From Felis catus (taxonomy: Eukaryota): 64,000 nucleotides of DNA. The position numbers and the translations under genes are program-made. The DNA lies in the NCBI RefSeq assembly GCF_018350175.1, contig NC_058379.1, positions 10,664,001 to 10,728,000 of the forward strand, in the 5' to 3' direction. How positions within the stretch are numbered: position 1 is the stretch's first letter; every line of letters starts with the position of its first letter. Positions 1 to 11,500 of this stretch are shown here, one piece after another. The notes beneath the pieces are model-generated. The model saw only the letters and a program-made list of their open reading frames with translations, ran no database searches and had not been told where the DNA came from.

Positions 1-1440
1 GAGGTTGAGGGCAGAGGAGGAACAGGCCTTGAGGCAGAGGTAGGTGCGACAGCAGGGAAACCAGTGTGGCAGCGGGACCCTTCTCCACACTGGGGTGGCC
101 AGGCCTGGCTCCTGGTCAGAGCAGATCTCAAGCGGGTGCTGACGGCTTCCTCCTACCCTTTGCCAGGCTGGGCCCCGAGAGGGTGGAGCGCAGCGTGAGG
201 GCCGACCCCCCTTCCGGGAGGCCTGCGGGCAGCAGACTCTTGTCCAGGACAGAAGGATGTTCTTGCTGACTGGGAGGAAACAGCGCATCCCACATCAAAA
301 GGAGGCCCCGGGTGGCTCCCACGCTCGGGCATCGTGGGAACCCTGCTACCCTGGGTTCTCTCAGGGGGGCCTGCACGTCAAGAGAGGCTGGGGGCTGCCT
401 TGAGACTGTTCCCCAGCTCTTGATGAGTAAATAAAAAAATAGCCCCCACCATCACAGCCTACTCACAACCTTCTTCTTGGGAACAAGTCTCATTTTTGTA
501 AATCGAGCCCTGTGGTTTTTAAGGGGTGTCAGGAATTGTAGGGCAGCTGAGATTTTTAAAACCCTTTCTGAGCACTCCCCCCCCCCGCCCCCCGCTCCCT
601 AACTCCCAGGCCAAAGACTCAGCAAGACCAGGGGCATGAGCTGGACCAGACATTGGGCGTGAGGTAAACCTCGGGTAGCGAACTGTCCTCACTGATCGGT
701 AGGGGCCGTCCTGACCTGAAGGATTCTGCTCAGCTTGAGAGCGTGCAGTGATGGATTAGTGATGTCTGCCGCAGGTGGGCCATAAGGAGTAGTGCTTTGC
801 ACGCTACATATTGTCCGTGCCCCCCGTTTTACGGATAGCCCTGGAGAAAAGGATTTTTTTCCATGAGATGGAAGGGGAAGGAAGGAGGTCGGGGAGACCT
901 AAATACATCGAGGAACTCTTTTGAAGGACAGGGCAGGGAAGAGGAGAAGCTTGAGGTATGTGCCTCTTTGCTTTCCTGGAAGAGTATGGGGAGGCGTAAG
1001 ATTAGGTGATACCCTTTAGGCAGGTCCTGGAGGATTATGACAGACCCCGAGAGGGTCGGATGGAAACTCAGCCCCGTCTCTGGGCTCCCAGCAGGCTGCT
1101 AGAAGGAGAAAGTCGTCCTCCACTCACAGCCCTGCCCCCAAACTATGAGCTTTGCGTGTTTTACCTCACTGGACCCTCACAAGGCTTTATGCCCATTACA
1201 GTGGGGAAACGGAGGCACAGCACCTTTCCCCACACACACCTCGATTGGCCGGGCGCCGGGGGTCCCGCGGTGCCCGCCCACCAGTAGCACCCGTGCAGGA
1301 GCGGTGTTCAGTGGCCTTGGGTCACCATAGTGTTCGAGGACCCTGACATCTGCTCCCCACGCCTGTGTTCCCTGGCATGTGGATGTGTCCACGTGCTTGT
1401 GTGTCTGCGTGGAGGTGTGTGTGTGCATGCCTCTGGGGTG

Positions 1441-1443
<3 letters not shown>

Positions 1444-1476
<33 letters not shown>

Positions 1477-1479
1477 GCG
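1444..1479. repeat. (GT)n microsatellite
   Basis: Direct reading. Confidence 0.95.
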
Positions 1480-2479
1480 TTTCTGGATCCACTGTGGCTG
1501 CACCCAAGCCTGCCAAGCATACCATTTGCTAAAAGATGCTTCCCAGCCAGCTCCCTAGTATCCTCTGTGCCTGCCAGGGGCAGGTGACCAGGCAGCCCCG
1601 GCCAGGCTCAGACCTGAGCAGCCAGGCAGAGGGGGTTGTCGCAGCAATTTCCCAGCTGTCGCGGCCCCCGTCCCTTCCCGGCACACCCCCCAGGCCCCTC
1701 TGGCGTCCCGGCCTCTGAGAACACTCCTGTCCATCAAGACATCCATCCAGCGTTTTGTGCCCGTCGACGGCAAGACAGTAGTTCACCTGCGTGTCCAAGC
1801 ACTGAAGTCACGAAGACGCAGGCGGGCACACGGTCCAGGTCACCGCGGATCTTCTCAGGCAGCCCTCCCAACAGCCCTGGGGGTGAGGTATCGTTATCCC
1901 ATTTTACAGGTAGGGAGACCAAGGGCCACAGAGGTGAAGTGACTCGCCCAGGCTCGTCACTGCAACCCTTGCACGGCTTCCTCTCCCAGGTGAAGAGAAG
2001 ACACTCCATGACTCAGTGGGCCGAGGTGCGGGGAGGTGGAACCCTTCCGCCAGGCCTGCGCGTCCACGGGGCGATGGTGGTGGTTAACGCCATTAGACTC
2101 TTTATTAGGTGCCAGGAATTCTGCCGGACCCTTGACAGGCAGAATGTCATTGACTCCTCAGGGCAAACACGAGGTGCTGCTTTATAGATGGGAAACGGGC
2201 TTCTGAGAGGTGCCTGATGAGCTGCGTGTCAGCCAGACGGTTAGTGCTTATTAAGCTGAGCTATGAGAGCAGCTCTGGCTGATTTCAAAAGCCAGAGAGC
2301 TCTTTGGTGGGGAAAGGCGAAGAGGGGAGGCGGGCTATGTTTTCTTGGGGCCTTTTCATCTGAGGAGGGGACAGTGCCTTAGTTACAGGAACTGTCATCA
2401 GTAGATCTTCGAGAGGGGGGACGAAAGTGTTCCGTGTGAAATGTCTTTGGAAAACCTGGATTCATCATTGCTAATCATA

Positions 2480-2645
2480 GTTCCTTATGCAGGACTTATC
2501 AGAGCCTTTAAGATGCTGCTATATGTTGTGAATTTCCAAGGAGGCAGTGAAGTGTTTCATAACTCATTTGCTCCCTGAATCCTTCTTTCCCAGAACCTTT
2601 TATAGGCACTAGTGCTCCATATAGGAAACTTGGAGAAATGCTAGA
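2480..2645. mobile_element. Old hAT-Charlie DNA transposon relic (MER112-like)
   Basis: aggacttatcagagcctttaagatgct...tgtgaatttccaag resembles the recalled MER112 consensus. Confidence 0.45.
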
Positions 2646-2932
2646 ATGGCTACGTCACTAGGAGTTGGGTTTCCGGCACAGCGGCCAGTGGAAGGGAACT
2701 GTTGGCCCCCAAGCTCTCCCAAGGGAGTAGGGAAGAGTCAGTACTCATTCCACTGTAACTGGGGCAGAGGTCCCAATGACACCCCACCCCATAAGAGAAG
2801 GATGTCTATGTCCCTGGCGGTCATATTCTAAATGACACAGAGGTGCAGGTATGTCCGGAAGCCAAACCAGAGCCCTCGGCTCTTCCGGTGTGTGGGGCTG
2901 AAGTCCAGCTGCGGCCTCTTTTCTCCCCTCAG

Positions 2933-2994
2933 GGTCCCCGCGCTCCCGGTGAAGAACTTGAATGGTACGGGGCCCGTCCATCCGGCCCTGGCAG
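2933..2994 (+). CDS. DTX1: DTX1 coding exon ([20 protein letters not shown])
   Basis: cccctcag acceptor, gtgag donor, 62 nt. Confidence 0.93.
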
Positions 2995-5779
2995 GTGAGA
3001 TGCAGCCCCGGAGGGGCAGAAGGGCGGGGCGCACGAGGAGGCAGCCCCACCTGTCTGCCCTGTGGCCCCGCCCCTTGGCGAGGCTGGTGGGCGGGGCCCA
3101 GAGGAAACGCCCCCTACCGTTGGACCGCGACGCCGGGGTAGGCGGGGCCCGCAGAAGGCGCTCCACTCGGCTTCCAGCTGGGGTGGGGCCCAGGGCCACC
3201 CCGCCCGCCCACCCGGGGGCCCCCACGTTCGGGGGCGGGGGGCGGGGCGGAGCAGGTGGGCGGGGCCTGCGGCGTCCTCCCGCCGGCGGGAGGGCTGGGT
3301 GGGCGGGGCCGGGAGAGCGCTCCGCCCCCTGACCGCCCCGGCCGCGTTCCCAGGGATGACCGGGATCCTGCTGTNNNNNNNNNNNNNNNNNNNNNNNNNN
3401 NNNNNNNNNNNNNNNNNNNNNNNNNNNNNNNNNNNNNNNNNNNNNNNNNNNNNNNNNNNNNNNNNNNNNNNNNNNNNNNNNNNNNNNNNNNNNNNNNNNN
3501 NNNNNNNNNNNNNNAGTACGCCTTCCGCGCCGACCCTGGCCCCACTAACTAACCCTTGACCCTGACCCCTCAACTCCCATCTGTTCTTAGGACTTAGGCC
3601 TCCACCTCCGTCTCCTGATCTCCGCTCCCTGGCCCCTGACCCCCTCCGCCACCAACTCTGATTACATCAGCCGCTGGCATGTGACTCCTGCCAACCCCTG
3701 TGCCCCCCCGCCCCCCCGCCCGAGCCAAGCCCTCAGGGCGGAGACCCTGGGCACCCTCCAGCCCGCCCGCTGTGTCCTTGCAGGTAAGAACCCCGAGGAT
3801 GTGGTTCGAAGGTACATGCAGAAGGTGAAGAACCCGCCCGATGAGGTGAGCCCCCAGTGGAGGGTACTGGCCTGGGCAGACCGAGGGCCCAGCCCCTGAC
3901 CTCCCTTCTCCTCCCGTGGCCCCGTGTGTTACAGTCTCTCCCCCCCAGTTCGGGCTTGGCCTTCTCCCTTTTTCACAGTGTCTTCTGATGGACAGAAACG
4001 CTTAGGTTTAATAGAATCACATTTACCGATCTTTGGATGGTTGACGGCTTTCGAATCTTATTTGCACGCATATTTTCCACCCAACGTTCTAAGTTTTGCC
4101 TTAATCCCCCTGGAGAGGGGTGGGGGGTCATCTCTACCTCTGCCATGTGTCGCCAGTGTATGGGGGTGTCCTCTCTCTCCCTCCCTTTGACAAGGGGGCA
4201 CCGGAGAGGGGGCCGTCCGCCACCCTTGGTGGCCTGGGGCCTGGCTCCCGCCAAGGGGCAGCGCTGACCCGAGGGTGTAGTGCCCTGGCCCGTCGTCAGT
4301 GTCCCCTCTGCGCCCCCTCCGTCAGGACTGCACCATCTGCATGGAGCGGCTGGTCACAGCATCCGGCTACGAAGGCGTGCTTCGGCACAAGGGCGTGCGA
4401 CCAGAGCTCGTGGGCCGCCTGGGCCGCTGCGGCCACATGTACCACCTGCTGTGCCTCGTGGCCATGTACTCCAATGGCAACAAGGTGGGCGGCGCGGGGG
4501 CAGGGGGCGGGGCCGGGACGCCGCGGGGTGGGGCCTCACCGCCGGCCTCCCCTGCCCCAGGACGGCAGCCTGCAGTGCCCCACGTGCAAGGCCATCTACG
4601 GAGAGAAGACGGGCACCCAGCCGCCCGGGAAGATGCAGTTCCACCTCATCCCGCACTCGCTGCCTGGCTTCGCCGACACCCAGACCATCCGCATCGTCTA
4701 CGACATCCCCACAGGCATCCAGGTGAGGCCCCCGTGCCCCTGGCCCCCGCCCCTCGGAACCCTACACAGGTCCCCCACACCTGTCCGTGGCTCAAGCGTC
4801 TGCTGCCCGCCCCCCACAGGGCCCTGAGCACCCCAACCCAGGCAAGAAGTTCACCGCAAGAGGCTTCCCGCGTCACTGCTACCTGCCCAACAACGAGAAG
4901 GGCCGGAAGGTGGGTGCTGGGAGGGTGCGGGGGTGTGGGAGCAGGCCGGGGACCCCCCTCACCCCCAATCCCTGTTTCCTGCCCGCACCGACACTGACCA
5001 TCACCTCCTAGTGCGTGTCCAGCCCCGCCAGGTGGCTTCACACACCTGGGCTCATTTCCAGCTTGAGGAGGTCAAGGTCTTGACCCCATTTTACAGATAA
5101 AGAAACTTAGCCTCAGAGAGGGCAAGTAACTTGCCCAAGATCACACAGCTGGTACACTACGGATCGTCTGCCTCCCTTGTTTTTCAAGAGAAGCAAGAAA
5201 TTCTGACTTTCACGTGAAATCCCCAGGCCTTTGAATATTGCCAAAGAAGTCACAAGATGGCTGTGTAGTCAAGTGAACACAGCCGAGGACCTTCAGTTGG
5301 AGACCCAGATGAAACGGGCAGATAGCCTGGAAAGAGCTCTCACTGCGGGCGGGGGGGGGGGGGGGGTCCCTCTAGGGAAGGAAGCGGCCAGGCTGGGCGC
5401 CTGTGGGAATGCCGCAGGGCTTAGCAGGTAGTGAGAGGGCCACAGCTCGGCCAAGGAAGGAGGAGGCTGGGCGGGAGGGGCTCCAGCCACAGGGGCGGGG
5501 CTGCCCGCGCCCTCCGCTCACCCCCCCCCTCCTGTCCCCACTCCTGTCCCCCAGGTGTTGAGGCTGCTCATCACCGCCTGGGAGCGGAGACTCATCTTCA
5601 CCATCGGCACGTCCAACACCACAGGCGAGTCGGACACCGTGGTGTGGAACGAGATCCACCACAAGACCGAGTTTGGATCCAACCTCACCGGCCACGGCTA
5701 CCCGGACGCTAGCTACCTAGACAATGTGCTGGCCGAGCTCACAGCCCAGGGCGTGTCCGAGGCTGCAGCCAAGGCCTGA
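2933..5779 (+). CDS. DTX1: Deltex E3 ubiquitin ligase 1, 3' part (RING-H2 + Deltex C-terminal domain); 5' exons lie upstream of the window
   Basis: Exons 2933-2994, 3354-3515, 3784-3845, 4326-4484, 4561-4722, 4820-4909, 5555-5779 join in frame with GT-AG ends. They translate to [27 protein letters not shown]...[29 protein letters not shown]...[10 protein letters not shown]...CPTCK...[44 protein letters not shown], recognised as DTX1. Confidence 0.97.
3354..3515 (+). CDS. DTX1: DTX1 coding exon, mostly masked by N gap (GMTGILL...)
   Basis: ttcccag acceptor; GG ATG ACC GGG ATC CTG CTG; N gap; A|gtacg donor; 162 nt keeps the frame. Confidence 0.85.
3375..3514. other. Assembly gap (140 N) inside a DTX1 exon
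   Basis: Run of n from 3375 to 3514. Confidence 0.99.
3784..3845 (+). CDS. DTX1: DTX1 coding exon ([21 protein letters not shown])
   Basis: ttgcag acceptor, gtgag donor, 62 nt. Confidence 0.93.
4326..4484 (+). CDS. DTX1: DTX1 coding exon, RING-H2 N-part
   Basis: DCTICMERL...[19 protein letters not shown], 159 nt, AG/GT flanks. Confidence 0.96.
4561..4722 (+). CDS. DTX1: DTX1 coding exon, RING end and DTC start
   Basis: [25 protein letters not shown]...DIPTGIQ, 162 nt. Confidence 0.96.
4820..4909 (+). CDS. DTX1: DTX1 coding exon, DTC domain
   Basis: [30 protein letters not shown], 90 nt. Confidence 0.96.
5555..5779 (+). CDS. DTX1: DTX1 last coding exon
   Basis: [18 protein letters not shown]...AAAKA then TGA at 5777-5779. 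Confidence 0.97.
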   Translation: MLRLLITAWERRLIFTIGTSNTTGESDTVVWNEIHHKTEFGSNLTGHGYPDASYLDNVLAELTAQGVSEAAAKA

Positions 5780-6759
5780 GGCCCCGGGGGCGGCCCACCT
5801 TCCCTCCTGCTTTGCCCCTGGTCCGGCACTTGCCTCCCTCTGCCAGGCGCGTCCTGGTGGCCCGGGTTCAGGGCTGGGGAGGAGCCCGCGGAAGGAGCCA
5901 GAAGCGTCCTGGGGATTTGGCTGATGGCGGTTGGAACGATGGGAGGAGGATGGCAGGCCAGCCGGCTCCGACCCGTAGCTCCCTGAGAGGGTGGCGGAGA
6001 GAACACCGGAACCACAGTAACCTCCCTACGGGAAAGACAGAGCCCCACCCCCTCGCGCAAACACACGCGTCCTGGTGAACACACGCACGCACACCCACGT
6101 GCCTCTACTTACCCCCAGGCTGGGGGGAAAGAGACAGAAGACCCCTGTGACACTCCATGTGGACTCCCACCCGCGTCTCTATCACATCTGTGTAGGCTTG
6201 TCTGCAGGCGGGATTCAGCTCAAGCGCCTGGGGGAAAGGGGCCCCCCTCTGCTACCCACTGATGGGCACTTGTGGGCCCCGGGGGGGCAGAACCCCAGGT
6301 TAGTCAGCAGTTTTGCAAAGGGGCAGGCCAGAGAGAGGGGGACTAGAGGGACCTTGTTTTGTGCTTGTGTCTCTTCATCCTTCTGGGACTCTCACCTCCT
6401 TCTTCTCCCCTCCCGTCCCCAGGCCTATGTCTGTCCCAGATAAAGGCACTGTTCTCCTTTCCTCCCCATCCTGTCCTCTCCGCCAAATCGCTCCCAACGC
6501 CGAGATCCAAAGGCTGGATGAGGCCGAGCTTAGGCCAGCGGGTCTAAAAAAGCAGACCGGACAGCAACGAGTCCATTTCCCTTTCTTGGGAGTGGGCAGT
6601 GGGGTGGCTGATGGTCTTGGCCAACCAGGGGCCTGTTGCCCAGGCAACTCACCAGCTCCGCCTCTGTTGATTGGCTGCCGCGGTGGAAGTCAGCCAAGAT
6701 TTAAAGGGACGCCAGCGATTGCTCTTTGGAAAACCTACCCGTCCCACTGTGGGTGGAGA

Positions 6760-6765
6760 AATAAA
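6760..6765 (+). terminator. DTX1: Probable DTX1 polyadenylation signal AATAAA
   Basis: First AATAAA I found after the stop (about 1 kb 3'UTR), followed by pyrimidine/T-rich sequence. Confidence 0.7.
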
Positions 6766-7524
6766 TGGTCTTTCTCCTCCTCACTCAGTTTTCTTTCCTG
6801 CCGAGACGGGGGCTGGGTGGGTGGCTCTGTTCCTGGGGGGCCTCTGGCCCACCCTCCCGGGGAGCTTGCAACAAAACGATGACCCCAGGACCACTGCCTC
6901 TCTCGGTCTTGGGCAGCTGGGGCTGGAGGGTCTCCATAATTCTCTTGTCCCCGGGTACGCAGCGGGTGTGAAGGTGGCCGAGGCAGAGGGTACCCAAGAG
7001 GACAGGGCGGAACGTGCTCTTCTCTGGAGCACAGCCCAAGGCAACGCACACAGCAGCTCCCGGGTACAATGCTAGGAATGAGGGACTTGGGCTGGGGGGC
7101 TGAGAGCCTCGGAGAAAACACGGAGGAGCTGGGCGACATCGTGATCGGCTCCTGGAGCCCCAGCCCCTGCCCTAAGGGAGGAGGGCCCGGTTCTGTGTAG
7201 AGACAGAGCCCGGGATCTGCAACACGCTTCCAATCAGCCTCAGCAACGTCCCAGAATGCTGGGTGGCTGTGGCGGCTGCTGCGGCTCCAGGCGACACCTG
7301 CTGGCCACTCTCGGGATAGCGCTGCATCTTTCCCGGTCCCCCTTATCCCTAGATACATACTTTGGTTTCTGTCCCACCCTCTAGTCACACAAAACCAGAA
7401 ATGAGTCCTTGGAAGCCTTTCCGGTTTTCCCAGAGTGGGTGTTCTCATTTTACCCTCTGTGATTCATTCTCAAGATCTCACTTCAAACCCTAATATGCAA
7501 AATCTCCCGGCCCCATGATCTTCG

Positions 7525-7690
7525 AATCTTGCGTTCATCCGTATCACCTGGGAAACTTGTTAAAAATCCTGATCCCTGCACCCACACTCCCTCAGATTCT
7601 CATTCAGCAGATGCTGGTGGGGTCCAAGCATCTGCATCGCTAGCAGACAACCTAGGGGATGAGCTTTGGACCACAGTCTGAGAAACCCCT
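7525..7690. mobile_element. MER5-type hAT DNA transposon relic
   Basis: atcacctgggaaacttgttaaaaat...cagattctcattcag...gcatctgcat...tgagaaacccct. Confidence 0.6.
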
Positions 7691-8380
7691 CCCTGGCTCC
7701 CGAGCCACCTCCGTGGAACCCAGTTTGACAGCCACACATCTAGACACTCCCCCCTTATTTTATACAGCATGAACTGAGGCTCAAAGAGGGGACAAGAGCC
7801 TAGCCCAAGGTATCCCAGGCTCCAGGGGTCTGAGTCTGGCGGCACTGGGCTCCCAGCCCCCATTATTCCTAAGGGAACCCGATTCTGGAAGCTTGCGGTT
7901 AGGACTCTCGGCCAAGGCAGGGCTCAGGAGGATCAGTGAGGTGACGCAGATCGGCAGATGTGAAAACAGGAAGGGCTGAGCCTCTTTCGTGCCTGTCTGG
8001 GCAACAAGGCCACGTGGGCATCAGGGATTCACGTCCGGCTGTATCCAGCAGCTCGGGGCCATGGCCTTGTCGGTGTGAGTAGAGGCCGGTCCGGTTTAGC
8101 AGAGACTTTCAGCCGAACCGGATGAGTCAGGCTCCTTCTCTCCCGTCCACTCCCAGCTGCCTCAGCCCAGAGACTGAGACTCATTCAGTACAAGGCCAGC
8201 CCCCTGCCAGAGGGCTTCCGTGCCTGGGGTTCTGGACTTGGGGCACAGAGACTGGGAGATCTCCAGAAGCATCCGCGCCACAGCATCGACGAGGTGCAGG
8301 GCAGCCGAGAGGGGCCGGGGTGCCCTGAGAGGGGCCCGATGGCCCCTTCCTCCTCCTTCCAGGCTGGCTCTGGCATCTCC

Positions 8381-8520
8381 TCAGTGCCCCGGGGGACCCA
8401 GGGCCGCTTTCTGCTGCTCCCGCTGCTGGAGCTCCTCGTGGGCTCTGTCCAGATCTGCCAGCACCTCCAGGAGACGGCCAGCTGCCTCTCTCTGCCGGGC
8501 CAGGGCTTCAGGACAGGCCC
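8381..8520 (-). CDS. RASAL1: RASAL1 last coding exon
   Basis: GACPEALARQREAAGRLLEVLADLDRAHEE...GPPGH*. Confidence 0.94.
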
Positions 8521-11500
8521 CTGGGAGGGAGACAAGGGGCCACGGGGGCTCAGCCGGGCCAGGGCAGGCTCCCGGAGCCCAGTCCCCGTGGCTTTTCAGG
8601 CTCCAGACCGGCCCTGTGCCCCCAAGAACCCACACACTCCATCCTCCCCACTCACCGCACCTGCTGGTGGACCGGAAAAGGGGGAGTCGGCGGGGGCGGG
8701 GGGAGGAAATAGGGGCGTGCTTGACAAGTTGTAGGAGGCGGCCGAGAAGGCAAAGAAAAGGGAGCCCCTTGACCCCTTACCTTCCTTGGCCCCCGAGGCC
8801 CTCATTGTATCCGCCTCCGGGCTTGTAGCTATGTTGAAATCCTCCTGGAATTTCATCCTGGAAGTTGCAAGAGAGAAAAGACAAGGTTGGTCCCTGATCC
8901 CCAATCTCGTTCTCTACCCCAGAGGTCCTCTGCTGGTTGCAGGAGGCGTTAAGGACTCCCGGTCGTCACCACCACCGCGACCATTGTCGACATCACAGCA
9001 AAGACAGAGTGCAGTCGCTACTATAAGCCCTTCCCGTGTATTAACTCACCTCGCGATCCCAACAAATGTATCTGAGGTAGGTACTTACTATTGGCTCCAT
9101 TATACAGTCCACTGAGACACAGAGAGGTCAAGCACTCGCCTAAGGCTGCACAGCATAGTAACTGTTACCATTTACCGAAAGCTAACTGCGACTAGGCATC
9201 GACAAAAAGACTTCACCTGTATTAGCTCATTTGACCCTCGGGACAAGTCCAAGAGGCAGGCGCTGTGACTGTCCCTATCTCCCAGATGAAAAGACACAAG
9301 TACAGAGAGGGTAAGCAACGGGGGCAAGATCACACAGCCAGTAAGCGACTGGCTCAGACGTTGAACCCAGGTCAGGCCAGCTTCAGAACCCGCTCTCTAA
9401 GGACTTGGAGCAGATCTCTGCCACTGACCGGTGGTGATGCCAACCAGGGGGAGAAAGGAGCACATCCACGGTCTGTGCCCGTGTCCCAGGAGCCCGGGAT
9501 GGTAAAAGATCCCGGACCCACTTCTGCACCAGGGCCAGCCTGAGGACGCCTCCCCGCCTCGCCTGGGGCCCCCACGCTCTGCCCGGCCAGGAAGTCAGCT
9601 GATGCACAGGGAAAGAATGAATAAATGAGCTGGGGAGGCCGTGGGAGGGTTGGGGGGAGGGGGGCGCGGAGCTGGCCTGGCTGGTCAACGCAGGGGAAGC
9701 GGAATGGGTGGGGGCGCCCACCTGAGCTGGTCCCGCCCCAGGAGCAGCTGCCGGTACACCATCTGGATCTCAGCGTCGGGATTCAGCGGGTCACTCCAGT
9801 CCCCCAGGGTGACGGCCGAGTGCGTGCGGCTGCAGCCGGCAGCTGAGGGGAACACGGTGCCGTCAGCACTGCCTCCCGCCGCCCCTCCGGGAGCCCCCGT
9901 GGCAGACGGTCGCCAAGCGCAGACCCTTCTGCGTCTAAAATCACTCTTCCCGCCTCCTACTGCCTTCAAGTCCCACTGCCTCCCCCCCCCCCCCCAGCGT
10001 CCCCTCCCTCCAGCCTCCTCCCACAGGCCCGGCTCCAGCCACACAGGCCCTTCTCGACCCTTCAGCCCTCCCCGCGCCCCCTCCAGGCCTTTGCTCGGGC
10101 GCTTTGCTCTGCCTACGACCCTTCCTGACCCCATCCCAGTCTCTCCACCCTCACTGCTTATCGCCTACTCTTCTCAGGTCATGTCTCAACAGCACCTCCT
10201 CCAGGAAGCCCTCCTTGATCTCCAACCCTGCGGCCGGCTCAGAGGCAGTCTCTGGAGCCTCAAAAGCCTCATTTTGGTACTTATAAGACCGTGGGACATT
10301 TGTCTGGTTATCCACCGGTCTTCATTGAGAGCGAGCCTTGACCACCGGATGCTGGGCCCATAGAAGGTGCTTTACGAAATCTCTCACACGCCATGCGCCC
10401 TAGGTGCCGGTGGGCGTTCTAAGTGCTGAGAACACACAGTCCGCACAACAACCCTAGGAGGCAGGCACTGTTCCCCGCTGGAGGAGAGCGAGGCGCACAG
10501 AAAGGTTAAGTAACCCGCCGGGGGGGGGGGGGGGGGGGGGGCGGGGCACCCGCTGATTGACAGCTGGGGGGGCGGAACCTGACCCCGCCCCGCCCCCTCA
10601 CCTGAGCGCTCGGCCTGCAGGCAGCAGGTCCAGCGCGAGCTGCGGAAGGCACCCGGGTGGCAGGCGGCCAGCTTGTCCGGGTTGGGGGCGCTGGCCTTGC
10701 GCAGGGCCGACAGCCACTGGTTGAGCTCGTTCACATTCTGCAGGGAGTCGGGGCGGGGGGGGGGGGCGGTCAGGGGTGGAGGGGGACCCAAGGGACACCC
10801 TCCGTCCCCATCCTTGCGGTGCCTCACCTTGCACTGGAGGTAGGTGGTCCGCAGTGCCCCGGCGCCGTCCTGCGCCATCACCTGCATCACGTGCGGCAGC
10901 TGAAAGGCGCCCTCGTCCACGCGCTCCACGGCGCGGATGTGCGACACCGGGATGGAGAAGCGCATCTGGGAGACAGGGCTGTGGCTGCAGGGTGGGCCCG
11001 GGTGCGGGGGGCCCAGGGGCAGCTTTCCTTTGGGGGCGTGCATCAGGGAATGGGAACGGGGACGGGGGTGGGGGGGGGGACACTCAAGCCTGCGTCTCTG
11101 TGCTCTGCGATCTGTGCGTGTGTGTCCGCGCTCTTGTGCCGCGAGTCCCCCCAGCCCTGCCCCATCGCTCTCTAGGTAAGCCACCACCTCGATGGGCATC
11201 AGTTCTCATCATCACCAGACGTCAGAGCAACCACCCGCACAGCAGCTGGGGCGTGCCTCCCGCACTCCAGCCTGTCAACTGCCACCAATGTCTGAGGCTG
11301 AGCCTGTGTGCAGATGAGGTCACTTGGCCCTCCCGAGGCCACTCAGCCAGTGGAGGCAGTTGGGAACCAGGCATTTGAACTCTGGAATCCATGCTTTGCG
11401 GACAAAGTAGGAAGGATACGCTTGCGCACCCTCTCCAGCGTTCGCCATCATTTATGGGCGTGCGGACAAGAAACGCGTCCCAGCACGGGCTCGAGCTGGT

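Larger units (their letters stand above)
2930..3560. promoter_or_regulatory. Intragenic CpG island with GC-box (GGGGCGGGG) clusters in DTX1
   Basis: Very high GC and CpG density by eye; GGGCGG motifs around 3231-3310. Confidence 0.65.

Noticed and set aside
7750-7765. Possible RASAL1 poly(A) signal
   Set aside because: Only variant hexamers on the - strand; I could not place the RASAL1 3' end with confidence.
9522-9540. REST/RE1-like motif TTCTGCACCAGGGCCAGCC (also CAGCACCGTGGAGGGC near 47320)
   Set aside because: Mismatches at key positions make chance likely.
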